From the NCBI GenBank assembly GCA_043820925.1, contig JBDRDL010000025.1, positions 1 to 31,854 on the forward strand: a DNA stretch of 31,854 nt, given 5' to 3'. This DNA comes from Methanobacteriota archaeon (GTDB taxonomy: Archaea; Hydrothermarchaeota; Hydrothermarchaeia; Hydrothermarchaeales; JACRDW01). Both the position numbers and the translations under genes were made by a program. The notes under the pieces are model-generated. The model had not been told where the DNA came from. It did no database searches and worked only from the letters and a program-made list of their open reading frames with translations. Positions 16,346 to 25,900 of this stretch are shown here, piece after piece (positions within the stretch are counted from its first letter, which is position 1; each line of letters opens with the position of its first letter).

Positions 16346-17359
16346 TTACTCCTCCTTTGACTCGGGGTGCTTCTTAATCCCTCTTCTTATGGCATGCGCC
16401 GCAATGCCCACCGCAGTTGCGCCGATAGCTACCTTACCCGCCGTATCCGTGTCAATTCCAACAAAAGTCGGCACCTTTTCCAGCTCCACATATAATGGCG
16501 AAACTGAATCAGGGAACCCGGGATCTGCGCATCCTATACAGGGCGCACCTGCATTCATGCACACATTAACGCCGTTGTTCCATTTTCTAACTGCGCAGTC
16601 TGCACGTGTGACGGGTGCCTTACATCCTACCTTCCAGAGGCATTTTTCATAGCTCATATCGCTCTCGGTAAAGTCCTCTGCAAAATCACCCTTGTCATAG
16701 TAGCCCCTTCTAGCGCAGTTCTCGTGTATTTCTTCGCCGAAGAATGCTACTGGTCTTCCTTTATCGTCCAGCTCTGGTATTATGCCGAGTATGACAGATG
16801 CAGCAACCAGCAGTATCCAGTCTGGGTGAGCCGGGCATCCTGGTATGTTGACAACCGTTTTCCCCAAAACTTTGCTCACTGATCTGGCATTCGTTGGGTT
16901 TCCTTTGGCTGCGGGTATGCCCCCAAATGCAGCACATGTTCCTACTGCGACCACCACTCCAGATTTGGCTGCCATGGTTTTAACCACATCTACGAACGGT
17001 TTGCCGCCAACCTCACAGTACTCTGCATTCGGCACAGCCCCTTCGATGACGAGGATATCTGGGTTTACTGCCTCCAGAGCATCAATTGCTGGTTTTCCAG
17101 CCGCTGCCATGATTGTTGGATGGAATGGTATATCTACCTGTAGCTTCAGTATGGCATCGTATAGATCCGGGTGCGTCCCCTGAATCAGCGATACAGTGCA
17201 GCCAGTGCATCCCTGTCCCTGTAACCATACTAACTTTACGCCCTTGTCAGCCGCCTGTGCAAATACGTCAGCAATTTCGGATTTATAAGTTCCCAAAACA
17301 GCTCCAACACCAATAGTGCCAGCTAACTTTAGAAAATCTCTTCTATTTATTGTGGTAAT
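16346..17359 (-). CDS. Group 1 [NiFe] hydrogenase small subunit (VhtG-like) with Tat signal and C-terminal anchor; apparent ATT start
   Basis: In-frame upstream extension ITTINRRDFLKLAG; CTGC, GTCAAFGG, PGCPAHP, HENC..R, CLWKVGC, CIGC; GGAGGTG RBS 5 nt before ATT 17359. Confidence 0.92.
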   Translation of the reverse strand: MTTINRRDFLKLAGTIGVGAVLGTYKSEIADVFAQAADKGVKLVWLQGQGCTGCTVSLIQGTHPDLYDAILKLQVDIPFHPTIMAAAGKPAIDALEAVNPDILVIEGAVPNAEYCEVGGKPFVDVVKTMAAKSGVVVAVGTCAAFGGIPAAKGNPTNARSVSKVLGKTVVNIPGCPAHPDWILLVAASVILGIIPELDDKGRPVAFFGEEIHENCARRGYYDKGDFAEDFTESDMSYEKCLWKVGCKAPVTRADCAVRKWNNGVNVCMNAGAPCIGCADPGFPDSVSPLYVELEKVPTFVGIDTDTAGKVAIGATAVGIAAHAIRRGIKKHPESKEE

Positions 17360-17582
17360 AGCACCACCTCCTAATTATTATTACCATTCAACTGATTTGG
17401 TTTAACAACTCAACTATATAAATTTTACGCCCAATAGTTTTGTTAAAAATTGTTGATAGAAAAATAAAAAATTCTAATGACTTTTTGAGATATTAAACAA
17501 AACCAGGGGACTATCTAAGATTGAGAGTTTAGGTTTTAAGGTTAGGAGATATCGAATATAAGGTGTAAAAAAAAGTAAAAAT

Positions 17583-18098
17583 TTATACCCATAATTCTTT
17601 TCTTGCACTTACACGGAAAGTATAGTAGCTTCCAGTAGTTTCTGTTATTGCTACATCAGCGCCAGTAGGCCAGTATCCATTAAATGCCCTGCAAATGTAT
17701 CTTCTTGCCTGCGTTGTGATAGTTCTCCCTACAGTATCCCTAAAATTCTCATCATTTTTTATGTAATCTGGTGCAGAGATATAAATATCAAACCGATATT
17801 CCGGTTTACCGGTTGTTGGATTGATTGTGTTAAGATTTACTACCTCTATTCTTACTATTTTTATTATTCCCTCAGGCGCTTCTTTCACACCTTCCCCCCT
17901 AAACCCCATTCCCCTCAGACTCGCCCCGTATACTGCGCCGTCCCTCGCAGCCGCAAGCGCCTTGTTTAACTCGTTCTGCTTCAGGGCATAGGGATAGACG
18001 ATTAATATCATGCTCAGCAGCAAGCCGACGATTATGATGTATTCTACCCCGACTTGGGCTTTTTGCTCACGGAACGTTAATATTCTCCTGAGCCGCAT
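17583..18098 (-). CDS. Minor pilin with class III signal peptide
   Basis: KA|QVGVEY then hydrophobic helix (Q+1, E+5). Confidence 0.8.
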   Translation of the reverse strand: MRLRRILTFREQKAQVGVEYIIIVGLLLSMILIVYPYALKQNELNKALAAARDGAVYGASLRGMGFRGEGVKEAPEGIIKIVRIEVVNLNTINPTTGKPEYRFDIYISAPDYIKNDENFRDTVGRTITTQARRYICRAFNGYWPTGADVAITETTGSYYTFRVSARKELWV

Positions 18099-18570
18099 AA
18101 ATTGTTATTCCTCCTCCGCTGTTTCTTATCGTCGTCTCGGCATACTGCGCAGTAGGGTTTGCCCTGCTGATGTTTGCAGGTATTATCGGGACAGTGGTAG
18201 TCCATTTCCCGCCGCCTGTTTTTTGCATGCTCTTGCTGATGTTTATCGTCCTGCCCGCTTTGTCTATTACAATCGGCAGGGAAATCCCAACTCCTGTAAT
18301 TCTCGAAGCATCGCCCAGCCTTGTATAGTTTAAAACGTCTGGTCCCAGATATATTCTAAATCCTTCTCCGTTTGCATAGGCGTTGTTTATCGCTCCTGCC
18401 AGCAGTTCTCCAACCATCTTCGCCTCTCCCGCCTCGCCAACGTCTCTCGCAAGGTAAAATCTCTCCCAGGTTAGATTGAACAGGGAGAGCAAGATAACAA
18501 TCGAAAAACCTACGGCGAGAATTGCCTCGAGGGATATTTGACCTTTCATATTCACTAGTGCACCGACCAT
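18067..18570 (-). CDS. Minor pilin with class III signal peptide (start uncertain, 18549-18585)
   Basis: KG|QISLEA then hydrophobic helix; INNAYANGEG. Confidence 0.8.
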   Translation of the reverse strand: MVGALVNMKGQISLEAILAVGFSIVILLSLFNLTWERFYLARDVGEAGEAKMVGELLAGAINNAYANGEGFRIYLGPDVLNYTRLGDASRITGVGISLPIVIDKAGRTINISKSMQKTGGGKWTTTVPIIPANISRANPTAQYAETTIRNSGGGITIYAAQENINVP

Positions 18571-19037
18571 GTTATGTTCTTCCACCCGACTACGAATTCA
18601 TATCTCCGTCCAGAGGATTCATCTATCGTGCTCATGCTCCAGCCGCTTCCATATAAATTTCTTGCAAAGCTGTGCCTTTCGTGCTGCTTTAAAGTTCCGT
18701 CGTCTCTGTAGCGCGTTATGACGATTTCCGTATTCAGCGCACTTCCATTGGTTGCGATATTGGTCTGGATTTTTATTAGCGGAAAATTTCCAACGGTCCC
18801 AACGGACGTATATCCTGGAATGTAAACCTCCACAGTCCTTTTCTCTCCGGGCGTTGAGATGCTGTTTGCAGCCGAGATTATTTTTTCAGCTGCATATCTT
18901 GCGTCAGAGACTATCGCTACGTCAGTCGCAGCATCTTTGACCTTAAAGGCGAGAGGTACAGAAACGCCTACGAAGATGAGTATTAAAGCTCCAAATATTA
19001 TGATTGCCTCTATCGTTATTTGTCCTCTTTCTCTCAT
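18555..19037 (-). CDS. Minor pilin with class III signal peptide
   Basis: RG|QITIEA then hydrophobic helix. Confidence 0.82.
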   Translation of the reverse strand: MRERGQITIEAIIIFGALILIFVGVSVPLAFKVKDAATDVAIVSDARYAAEKIISAANSISTPGEKRTVEVYIPGYTSVGTVGNFPLIKIQTNIATNGSALNTEIVITRYRDDGTLKQHERHSFARNLYGSGWSMSTIDESSGRRYEFVVGWKNITWSVH

Positions 19038-20101
19038 AAAATTCCTCTTGTGAGGTCTCCGAACGCAAGAGAGAGTATCAAGCCGATGAATATAGCAGGT
19101 GCGAAAGGCATTCCCTTAGTTATAATAATTTTATCCTCTATCTTCCCCTCTGCTACATATTTCTTGAGCAGCTCGATTTCTTCCTTACTGATTCCTGCGG
19201 CACGGGTGCTTGCAAGTCCTTTTCTTCGCAGCGCTTCAAAATTTCTGGTCTTAACCGCACTCTTAATTTTTTCAAGCACGTCCCTGCTATCGCGCAATAT
19301 CTTATCCCCCTGGATATAAAATTCTTCCGCCGCAACGACGCCCTCTTTCAGCTCAGTAATTTTAACTTCTTCTCGCAGCGTTTTTCTGAGCACGTTTAAA
19401 GAATTCCAAAATAGGGCAAAGGAGACAAAGAAGAGGGTCAAAAAAACGAAGTATTTCATAAGGGCAGCGAAGCTATTTCCAGAAAGCAGGAATAAGGCTG
19501 CGAAAGCAGCAGAGGCTGCGAGCTTGTATTTTTCTTTAATCGCAAGGAAAAATAAAAGCACAGCTAATGCAATTGCGCTGTTCAGCAGGACTCCAAGCGA
19601 AATGCAGCCCACGACTATGAAGGAGTTTTTCAAATGCCTGTCAATGTCTTGCAGGGGTTCCAGGAATTTTGAAATGCCAATTTTTGAGAGAGATATGCAT
19701 AGAGAGTAAAGGGCTATGAAGGGAAAAATGGCAAGGAATGTGTTTAGCAAAATCGTAAGAATGAACGGATAGGGAGGGAGAGCAGGGAAAAAGAAATTTT
19801 TAAGAAAATTCGGGTATCTTGGCAGAAGCACTGCGAGGAATAAAAATTCTTTAACGTCTCCTGCGCTCCAGCCTCCGAGAATCCAGAGTACATAGCCGAG
19901 TATAAGGATTATTATGAAATTTTGCAGAGACAAAAAAAACAATTCAAACGAATTTGCATAAAAGCTGTAAACAAAATTTCCGAAAATGCCGATGCCGATT
20001 AGAGAAAGAGAAAGCCTGTTCGGGATTATTCCTTTTTTTAAATCAGTCGCAGCAGCTATACCGGCGCCGAGTACTGCGAGAGCTGTAAAGAATATCTCCA
20101 T
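19034..20101 (-). CDS. eppA: EppA-like prepilin peptidase (A24)
   Basis: TDLKKGIIPN and W.AGDVK catalytic aspartates, extra TM region, C-terminal GMPFAPAIFIG. Confidence 0.85.
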   Translation of the reverse strand: MEIFFTALAVLGAGIAAATDLKKGIIPNRLSLSLIGIGIFGNFVYSFYANSFELFFLSLQNFIIILILGYVLWILGGWSAGDVKEFLFLAVLLPRYPNFLKNFFFPALPPYPFILTILLNTFLAIFPFIALYSLCISLSKIGISKFLEPLQDIDRHLKNSFIVVGCISLGVLLNSAIALAVLLFFLAIKEKYKLAASAAFAALFLLSGNSFAALMKYFVFLTLFFVSFALFWNSLNVLRKTLREEVKITELKEGVVAAEEFYIQGDKILRDSRDVLEKIKSAVKTRNFEALRRKGLASTRAAGISKEEIELLKKYVAEGKIEDKIIITKGMPFAPAIFIGLILSLAFGDLTRGIL

Positions 20102-20289
20102 TATCTTGTAAGTTTAATAATGCTCGCATTTCTTTCTTTCGCTACCCAGTCAGAAGTTACATCAGCAAAAGACCTCATAGTACCTTGCAGGGCATAGAAA
20201 GTCATGGCAGCAACTACAACGGCGCCAGTAAGGAGAATAAATTCTATGCTGACCTGACCATGTTCTTCTAAAAAACTCTTGCGCCCCAT
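20101..20289 (-). CDS. Short pilin, class III signal peptide (DUF361-like)
   Basis: HG|QVSIEFILL hydrophobic helix; start ATG 20289 or GTG 20295. Confidence 0.8.
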   Translation of the reverse strand: MGRKSFLEEHGQVSIEFILLTGAVVVAAMTFYALQGTMRSFADVTSDWVAKERNASIIKLTR

Positions 20290-20296
20290 ACGCACC

Positions 20297-20521
20297 TTAG
20301 CCGGTCGCGTTTATGCCTGCAGCTGCTTCTCTGATTGCTTTGGACATATTGACTACGGCTTCTCCAGTTGCGTTCTCCAGCGCTGTTCCAGCACTCCTCG
20401 TAATCCTCGAGTATATTGCGAATATCACTGCAGCTGCAACGATAATTCCGCCCGCAAGCAAAATGTACTCAATGGCGCCCTGAGCTTCTTCCTCTTTTAG
20501 AAATTTTTTCAAAATTTTCAC
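20297..20521 (-). CDS. Short probable major pilin, class III signal peptide
   Basis: EA|QGAIEYILL; GAGGTGA RBS; own TATA-like element near 20570-20580; N-glycosylation sequons NAT/NMS/NAT. Confidence 0.85.
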   Translation of the reverse strand: MKILKKFLKEEEAQGAIEYILLAGGIIVAAAVIFAIYSRITRSAGTALENATGEAVVNMSKAIREAAAGINATG

Positions 20522-20616
20522 TTTTTTTCACCTCTAGGCGAGTTTTTGCAGGTTTAACGTACCCACTCATATATATCTTTCCCCAGATATAAGCTTTGCC
20601 CAGCAGTGATGAGCCG

Positions 20617-21567
20617 TTAGATTGCTGCTAAGACATTGGGCATTACAGACTTAATTAAAAAGAATACAGTATATGCTACCAGTGCCATAGGAGCCATGAA
20701 TTTGAATCCTTTTTTGAAGTCGCCGTACATAACGACACCAATCATTATGCTCGCACTGCATGCCTGAGCGATAACGTAAAAAGAAAGTGCTGTTATAATT
20801 CCGCTCATCTGCGCTAATGGGAGCTGGGATTCGCCATAGCCTGCTGTAGCTCCTGCCATTATCGCTGGTAAGGCAGCCACCACGCCCATAACAAAAGGTC
20901 CTGCAAGCAGGGAAGCCATTGCGAGGAAAGAAACCTGCTGGGAAGTCATGGACCTCCGCTCCCTCTGTATCATCCTCACAGCTCTCATATCCTCTGAGAC
21001 TTCGTCAAGCACGTCAGCAATCGGTCCGCCAAATTCCACGCCTTCTAATAGCAGGCGTATTGCCCTCTCAACTTCCTTTGAGCCAGACCTCCTAGAAAAC
21101 CCGAGCATCGCTTCTTTCAAAGGTCTGCCCCTTTTCATCTCCACGACTATTTGGGAAAATTCATCTGAAAGAGCGCCGTACTCTGCTTCCGCAATTTCTC
21201 CTACAACGCTTTCTAAGACAAGTCCTGTCCTTACAGAAACAGCCATGTGGTGCAATACGTCTGGCAGAGCAGCAGTTATAACAGCCCTCCTCTTGTTTAT
21301 TCGAATTTTCGGTATCAGAAAAATCAGTGCGGTGCAAGAAACAAAAAGCAAAATTCCTATGAAGAGAGAAAAGAACAGCCCGATTAGAAATAGCACAGCA
21401 CCGAGCGCAAGGAACATGCCGGTCCATTCCTTCGCAGAAAATTTTATTCTTGCACTAACGAGCATCACTTCAATTCGAGTTAAAATCCACTTGGGTACCA
21501 AAAATTCTGGAACTCCGAGCTTTTTAATTAGATTTACTAATTCAATCATACTAAACCTTCGGTTCAA
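20617..21567 (-). CDS. TadC/T2SSF-family pilus membrane platform protein
   Basis: ALPDVL..MA....G, YGALSDEF, G.PL.EA, GG.IADVL; TM helices. Confidence 0.88.
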   Translation of the reverse strand: MNRRFSMIELVNLIKKLGVPEFLVPKWILTRIEVMLVSARIKFSAKEWTGMFLALGAVLFLIGLFFSLFIGILLFVSCTALIFLIPKIRINKRRAVITAALPDVLHHMAVSVRTGLVLESVVGEIAEAEYGALSDEFSQIVVEMKRGRPLKEAMLGFSRRSGSKEVERAIRLLLEGVEFGGPIADVLDEVSEDMRAVRMIQRERRSMTSQQVSFLAMASLLAGPFVMGVVAALPAIMAGATAGYGESQLPLAQMSGIITALSFYVIAQACSASIMIGVVMYGDFKKGFKFMAPMALVAYTVFFLIKSVMPNVLAAI

Positions 21568-22684
21568 ATCTCTTAATCATAAGGGACATGTACAGTGAAG
21601 CTCCAAAGAAAGTCAGATATAGCAACCAGAGTATTTCTGGAGGAATGGGCAGCGCCTTCATCGCAATCCCCATTGCAATTACGAGCGTGGTTATAAGGAC
21701 AGGAGCAACGACCACTATGAACATATATATCAGGGAGAAAGTGTTTAAGGTCTGGATGAAGTCTTTCAGCCGCATTCTTATTTCAGTGGAGACTTCCTCC
21801 GCAATTATCTTTAAAGTATGGGCTAGATTGCCTCCTGTTCGCAGGGTTGAAACTATCTGCCTTGAAGCTTTCTTCAGCCCTGCTGAATCTATCCTGAGGT
21901 TCATCCTTTCATAGGCTTCTTCTATCGTTGAGCCTCGCTCTATTTCGAGTATAGCCCTTCTGAATTCCTCGCTCAGAATGCCGTAGTCGCTCAGCGAAAC
22001 GGAGCGCATGGTCTCCAGTAAACCAGAGCCGGAGGTAAGCTGAGTTGCCATGTGGCGGAGTGCAAAGGGCAGCTCCCTGCTGAACGCTTCTGACCTGTTC
22101 TTGATTTTCGACTTCGGGTATATTTTTGCAAACACGAGAAAAAAGAAAAATACAACTACGCCGAGAGATAAGCCCAGCAGCCCGCCCACAATGTCTGTAA
22201 TGCTTGCCAGCAAAATGCCGAAAAAGATTCCGACAGCAAGCCCTGCCAGAGCGCTTATTCCAACTGAAAGGCTTATGTACTTCGAGGCAGGCATTATTAT
22301 ATTCGCCCTGTACAGGTCTTCCTGGATGTTTACGAAAAAAGATTCTACCTTTTTCGAATAATTTAAGAATTTGTCAGATATCACATTTGCAAGTCTTTCA
22401 GAAAATGGCACCTTCAGCTCTTTCTTCCTCACACCAAAATCAAATTCTTCAACTTCTTTTCCAGACTCGGTGCGGACAGCTTCCATTATTTTGGAGAGTT
22501 TCTCTTCAAGGGCTTTTCTTCTATCCTCTCCCTTTGCTTTCTTCTTTCCCAACAGTACTCTCGCTACCTCGTCCTGCTCCTTTAAAGCGATTGAAAGCTC
22601 CAGCGTTTTTCTGTAAGTCCACTCAGCTCTGTTTAAAGTTCCTTCCCCTACCCAGTCCACAAATCTGAGAATTATGTTGGTCAT
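21551..22684 (-). CDS. TadB/T2SSF-family pilus membrane platform protein
   Basis: ELPFALRHMATQLTSG.GL, YGILSEEF, TGGNLA..L. Confidence 0.88.
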   Translation of the reverse strand: MTNIILRFVDWVGEGTLNRAEWTYRKTLELSIALKEQDEVARVLLGKKKAKGEDRRKALEEKLSKIMEAVRTESGKEVEEFDFGVRKKELKVPFSERLANVISDKFLNYSKKVESFFVNIQEDLYRANIIMPASKYISLSVGISALAGLAVGIFFGILLASITDIVGGLLGLSLGVVVFFFFLVFAKIYPKSKIKNRSEAFSRELPFALRHMATQLTSGSGLLETMRSVSLSDYGILSEEFRRAILEIERGSTIEEAYERMNLRIDSAGLKKASRQIVSTLRTGGNLAHTLKIIAEEVSTEIRMRLKDFIQTLNTFSLIYMFIVVVAPVLITTLVIAMGIAMKALPIPPEILWLLYLTFFGASLYMSLMIKRFEPKV

Positions 22685-22939
22685 TTTGAATCCACTCGTC
22701 GAACTTCAGTCGCTACGCTCCTTTGTTCTCCTCGTGTCTTCACCCATTTTTCCCCGAGGGCTTTTTTTAAAAGGGCTCATTTTCAATCCACTCCTCGAAG
22801 CTCACTTCGTTCGCTCCTCGTCGTGTCTTGACCCTTGCGATAGCAAGAGCGCAAGTGGGCGTCGGCGCAAGCCAGCATTCGTTTCGGCGAACGTGAAAGG
22901 CTTGCTGGCGAAGTGCTGACAAAAGGGCTCATTCAATCC
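22682..22939. repeat. Tandem/composite repeat cluster between pilus ATPase and TadB-like gene
   Basis: aaaagggctcatt at 22769-22781 and 22921-22933; catttt(g/c)aatccactc at 22682 and 22778; unit A hairpin cttgc-gata-gcaag 22834-22847; unit C 22863-22919. Confidence 0.85.
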
Positions 22940-25900
22940 TTTTCAGCAATTCCTGCGGATTCGTGTAGTACTCGTTGAAAAACCTGGCTACTTTCTTCAG
23001 CTCGGTTATGTTGTTGCTAACCATCCACTTCAAAATATTTTCTCTTCTTTCCAGCTCCTCGTTTAGCTCTTTCATGCTTATTCCTCCGAGTTTTGCAATT
23101 TTTTGTTTCAGCACGCTTTCGTTGCCGGCGCTCTCTAAGGTATCCTTTTTCGGATTCCATTTGTAAACGTTATTCAGCACGAATTTTTCATTCTCCCAGC
23201 CTACTACTTCAGCTATTTCGGTAATCCTTCTGAGCATTTTTCCATTTGAATAGAGCTTGCTCTGCATGATAATCAAATCCAGCGCAGGAAGCATGACTTC
23301 TGGAACATTCATCGGAGGATTCGTGAGTCTCGTAATGGTTTCTCTGGCAGAGTTGGAGTGCACGGTACCCATGCAGCCGTCGTGTCCTGTGTTCATCGCA
23401 GTAAATAGAGTCCTTGCTTCAGGTCCCCGAACCTCGCCCACGATTATTCTGTCAGGGCGCATTCTCAGAGTATTTTTCACCAAATCGTCCATTGATATTT
23501 CTCCACTGCCCTCAATGCTCGGCAGCCTGGTTTCCAGCCTTATGCTGTGCTCCACATACATCCGAAGCTCGGCTGTATCCTCTATCGTTATCACCCTGTC
23601 TGTAGGCTGTATAAACGATGCCAGGCAGTTCAGCGTAGTTGTCTTTCCGCTGGAGCTTCCTCCTGCTACCAGTATATTTCCTGCCTTGATTCCCACGCCT
23701 TCCACAATTAGCCAGAGATACGCAGCTACTTCAATGTTCAACGCCTTGAAATTTATCAAATTCACGACAGTCAATGGTTCTTTTTTAAATTTTCTTATCG
23801 TTATATTTGGTCCGTTGATGGCTATCGGCGGAATGGTAGCGTTGACTCTGGAGCCGTCCTGCAACCTTGCGTCAAGTAGAGGAGTTGCCCTGTCTATTCG
23901 TCTCTCCACAGACCTGGCTATTCTTTCGATTATCCTCAAAATATCATCTTCGCTCTCAAAGGTTATGTTTGTCTTGCATGCCCCATATTCTCTGTGATAA
24001 ACGTAAACAGGCTTGTTTGTACCGACTACCATCACTTCTTCCAGGGCATCGTCTGCAAGCAGAAATTCCAGCAAGCCGTAGCCGAGCATGTTTGGAACAA
24101 TCAGCCTTGCGAAATCTTCCCTCCTCGTAGGAGTTATCTCTGGAAAATTTTCCTTTATAACTTCCAGCACCCTTTTTAAAAAAACCTCTTCAGCTTTCTT
24201 TCTGTCCAAAAGACTCGTTGGGTCTACTTCAATTTCATTTATTGCAGTTTCTTCAGCTCTCTTGAGGAGGATTTTCTCTTCGCTCGAAAGCTCTGGCAGA
24301 GGTGCAACGTACAGCAGATTCCGCTCTCCCTCAATCTGAACTATTTTGTACGAAGAATCTTGCTTGAGGATTTTCTCGGCCTTCTCTTCTTTAGTTTCCC
24401 TGTCGTTGAGTTTTTCAAATAATTTTTCGGGTGAGGCGTAATATTCGTTAATTAATCTGCCGACTTCTTCTATACTTCTCATGCCTTTTCTAACCATATA
24501 TTCTATGATTTCCTGCCTCCTCTCTATCTCCTCCTCCACTTCCTTTTCATCCACTCCCCTGAGCTCGGCAAGTTTCTTTTTTATAGAAGCAGGCACTCCG
24601 GTCGGCTTTACTCTGTCGTCCCTCGGGTCGTGCTGGTATATAATTTCCATTTTAACCTTGCCGTCTTCCATTCCTGTAATCTCTGCAACCTCGGTTATGC
24701 GCCGCACGAGCTTCCCATGGTAGGTAAATTTATTCTGCATTAAAATTAAATTAATGGAGGGAATCATTATCCTCGGGACGCTCATAGGTGCGCTCACGAG
24801 TCTCGTAATCGTCTCTTTAGCTGTGTTGGCGTGCAGAGTGCCGAGGCAGCCGTTCTGACCTGTGTTCATCGAGGCGAGAAGCACGTACGCTTCCGGTCCC
24901 CTAACCTCGCCCACGATTATTCTGTCAGGGCGCATCCTCAGCGCATTCTTTAAAAGCACGTCCATTGATATTCCTCCCTTTCCCTCGATATTCGGCAGTC
25001 TGGTTTCGAGCCTGATCCAGTGCTCTACGGGCAGCTGAAGTTCAGCTGTATCCTCTATCGTTATCACCCTGTCCGAGGAGGGAATGAAAGAACCCAGGCA
25101 GTTGAGCGTCGTGGTCTTTCCAGAACTAGTTCCTCCTGAAACGAGCACGTTTATCGGTTTGACTCCAAAGCCCTCGACCACGAGCCAGAGAAAAGCAGCC
25201 AGCTCTGGAGTGAGCGTTTTAAAATCTATTAAATCTACTATGGTAAATGGACTTGCCTTGAACTTTCTTATGGTGAGCGAGGGACCGTCCAGAGAAACCG
25301 GGCACAGAGTCGCATTTACCCTGCTTCCGTCCGGCAGTCTTGCATCGAGGAGAGGAGCACTCATATCTACCCTGCGTCCTACCGACCTCGCTATTTTATT
25401 TATAATGTTTATTATCTCTGCATCGTCTTCAAAAACTATATTCGTTTTGCACATTCCATGCTTTCTGTGGTAGACATATACCCTTTTCTTTGTTCCCACT
25501 ACCATCACTTCTTCCAGAGCGTCGTCAGCGAGCAGAAATTCCAGCAAGCCATAGCCAATCATGTTTTGCACTATAAGCTCTGCGAAGTTTCGGCGCTGCG
25601 AGAGAAGCAGGTCAGGGTAGTCATGCTCTATTATTCTCATGACTTCTTTTACGAAAGTCTTTCTCCTCTTTTTTATATCGAGGATGCTTTCGGGGTCTAT
25701 AGCTATCTCTGCTATGGCTCGCTTTTCAACTGCCCTCAAAATTTTTTTGTCTTTCTTGGTCAGGCTTGGAAGGGAGATTACGTAAGTGGGCATATTTTCG
25801 TCTTTTTTCCTGATTATCTTGTACTTTGCACCCTCGTCGAGTATCTCTACGTCCTTATCCTTTTCTAGCTCTGCTTTTTCCAGGGCATCGAGGAAGTAGT

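Noticed and set aside
14446..17316. Numerous antisense ORFs over the hydrogenase genes (and similarly over the ATPase, tadC, pyrK, pgk)
   Set aside because: Shadow frames of well-supported genes with no recognisable motifs
22674..22919. 81-aa + strand ORF across the pilus intergenic repeat cluster
   Set aside because: Antisense to the operon, made of repeat DNA, no protein-like features
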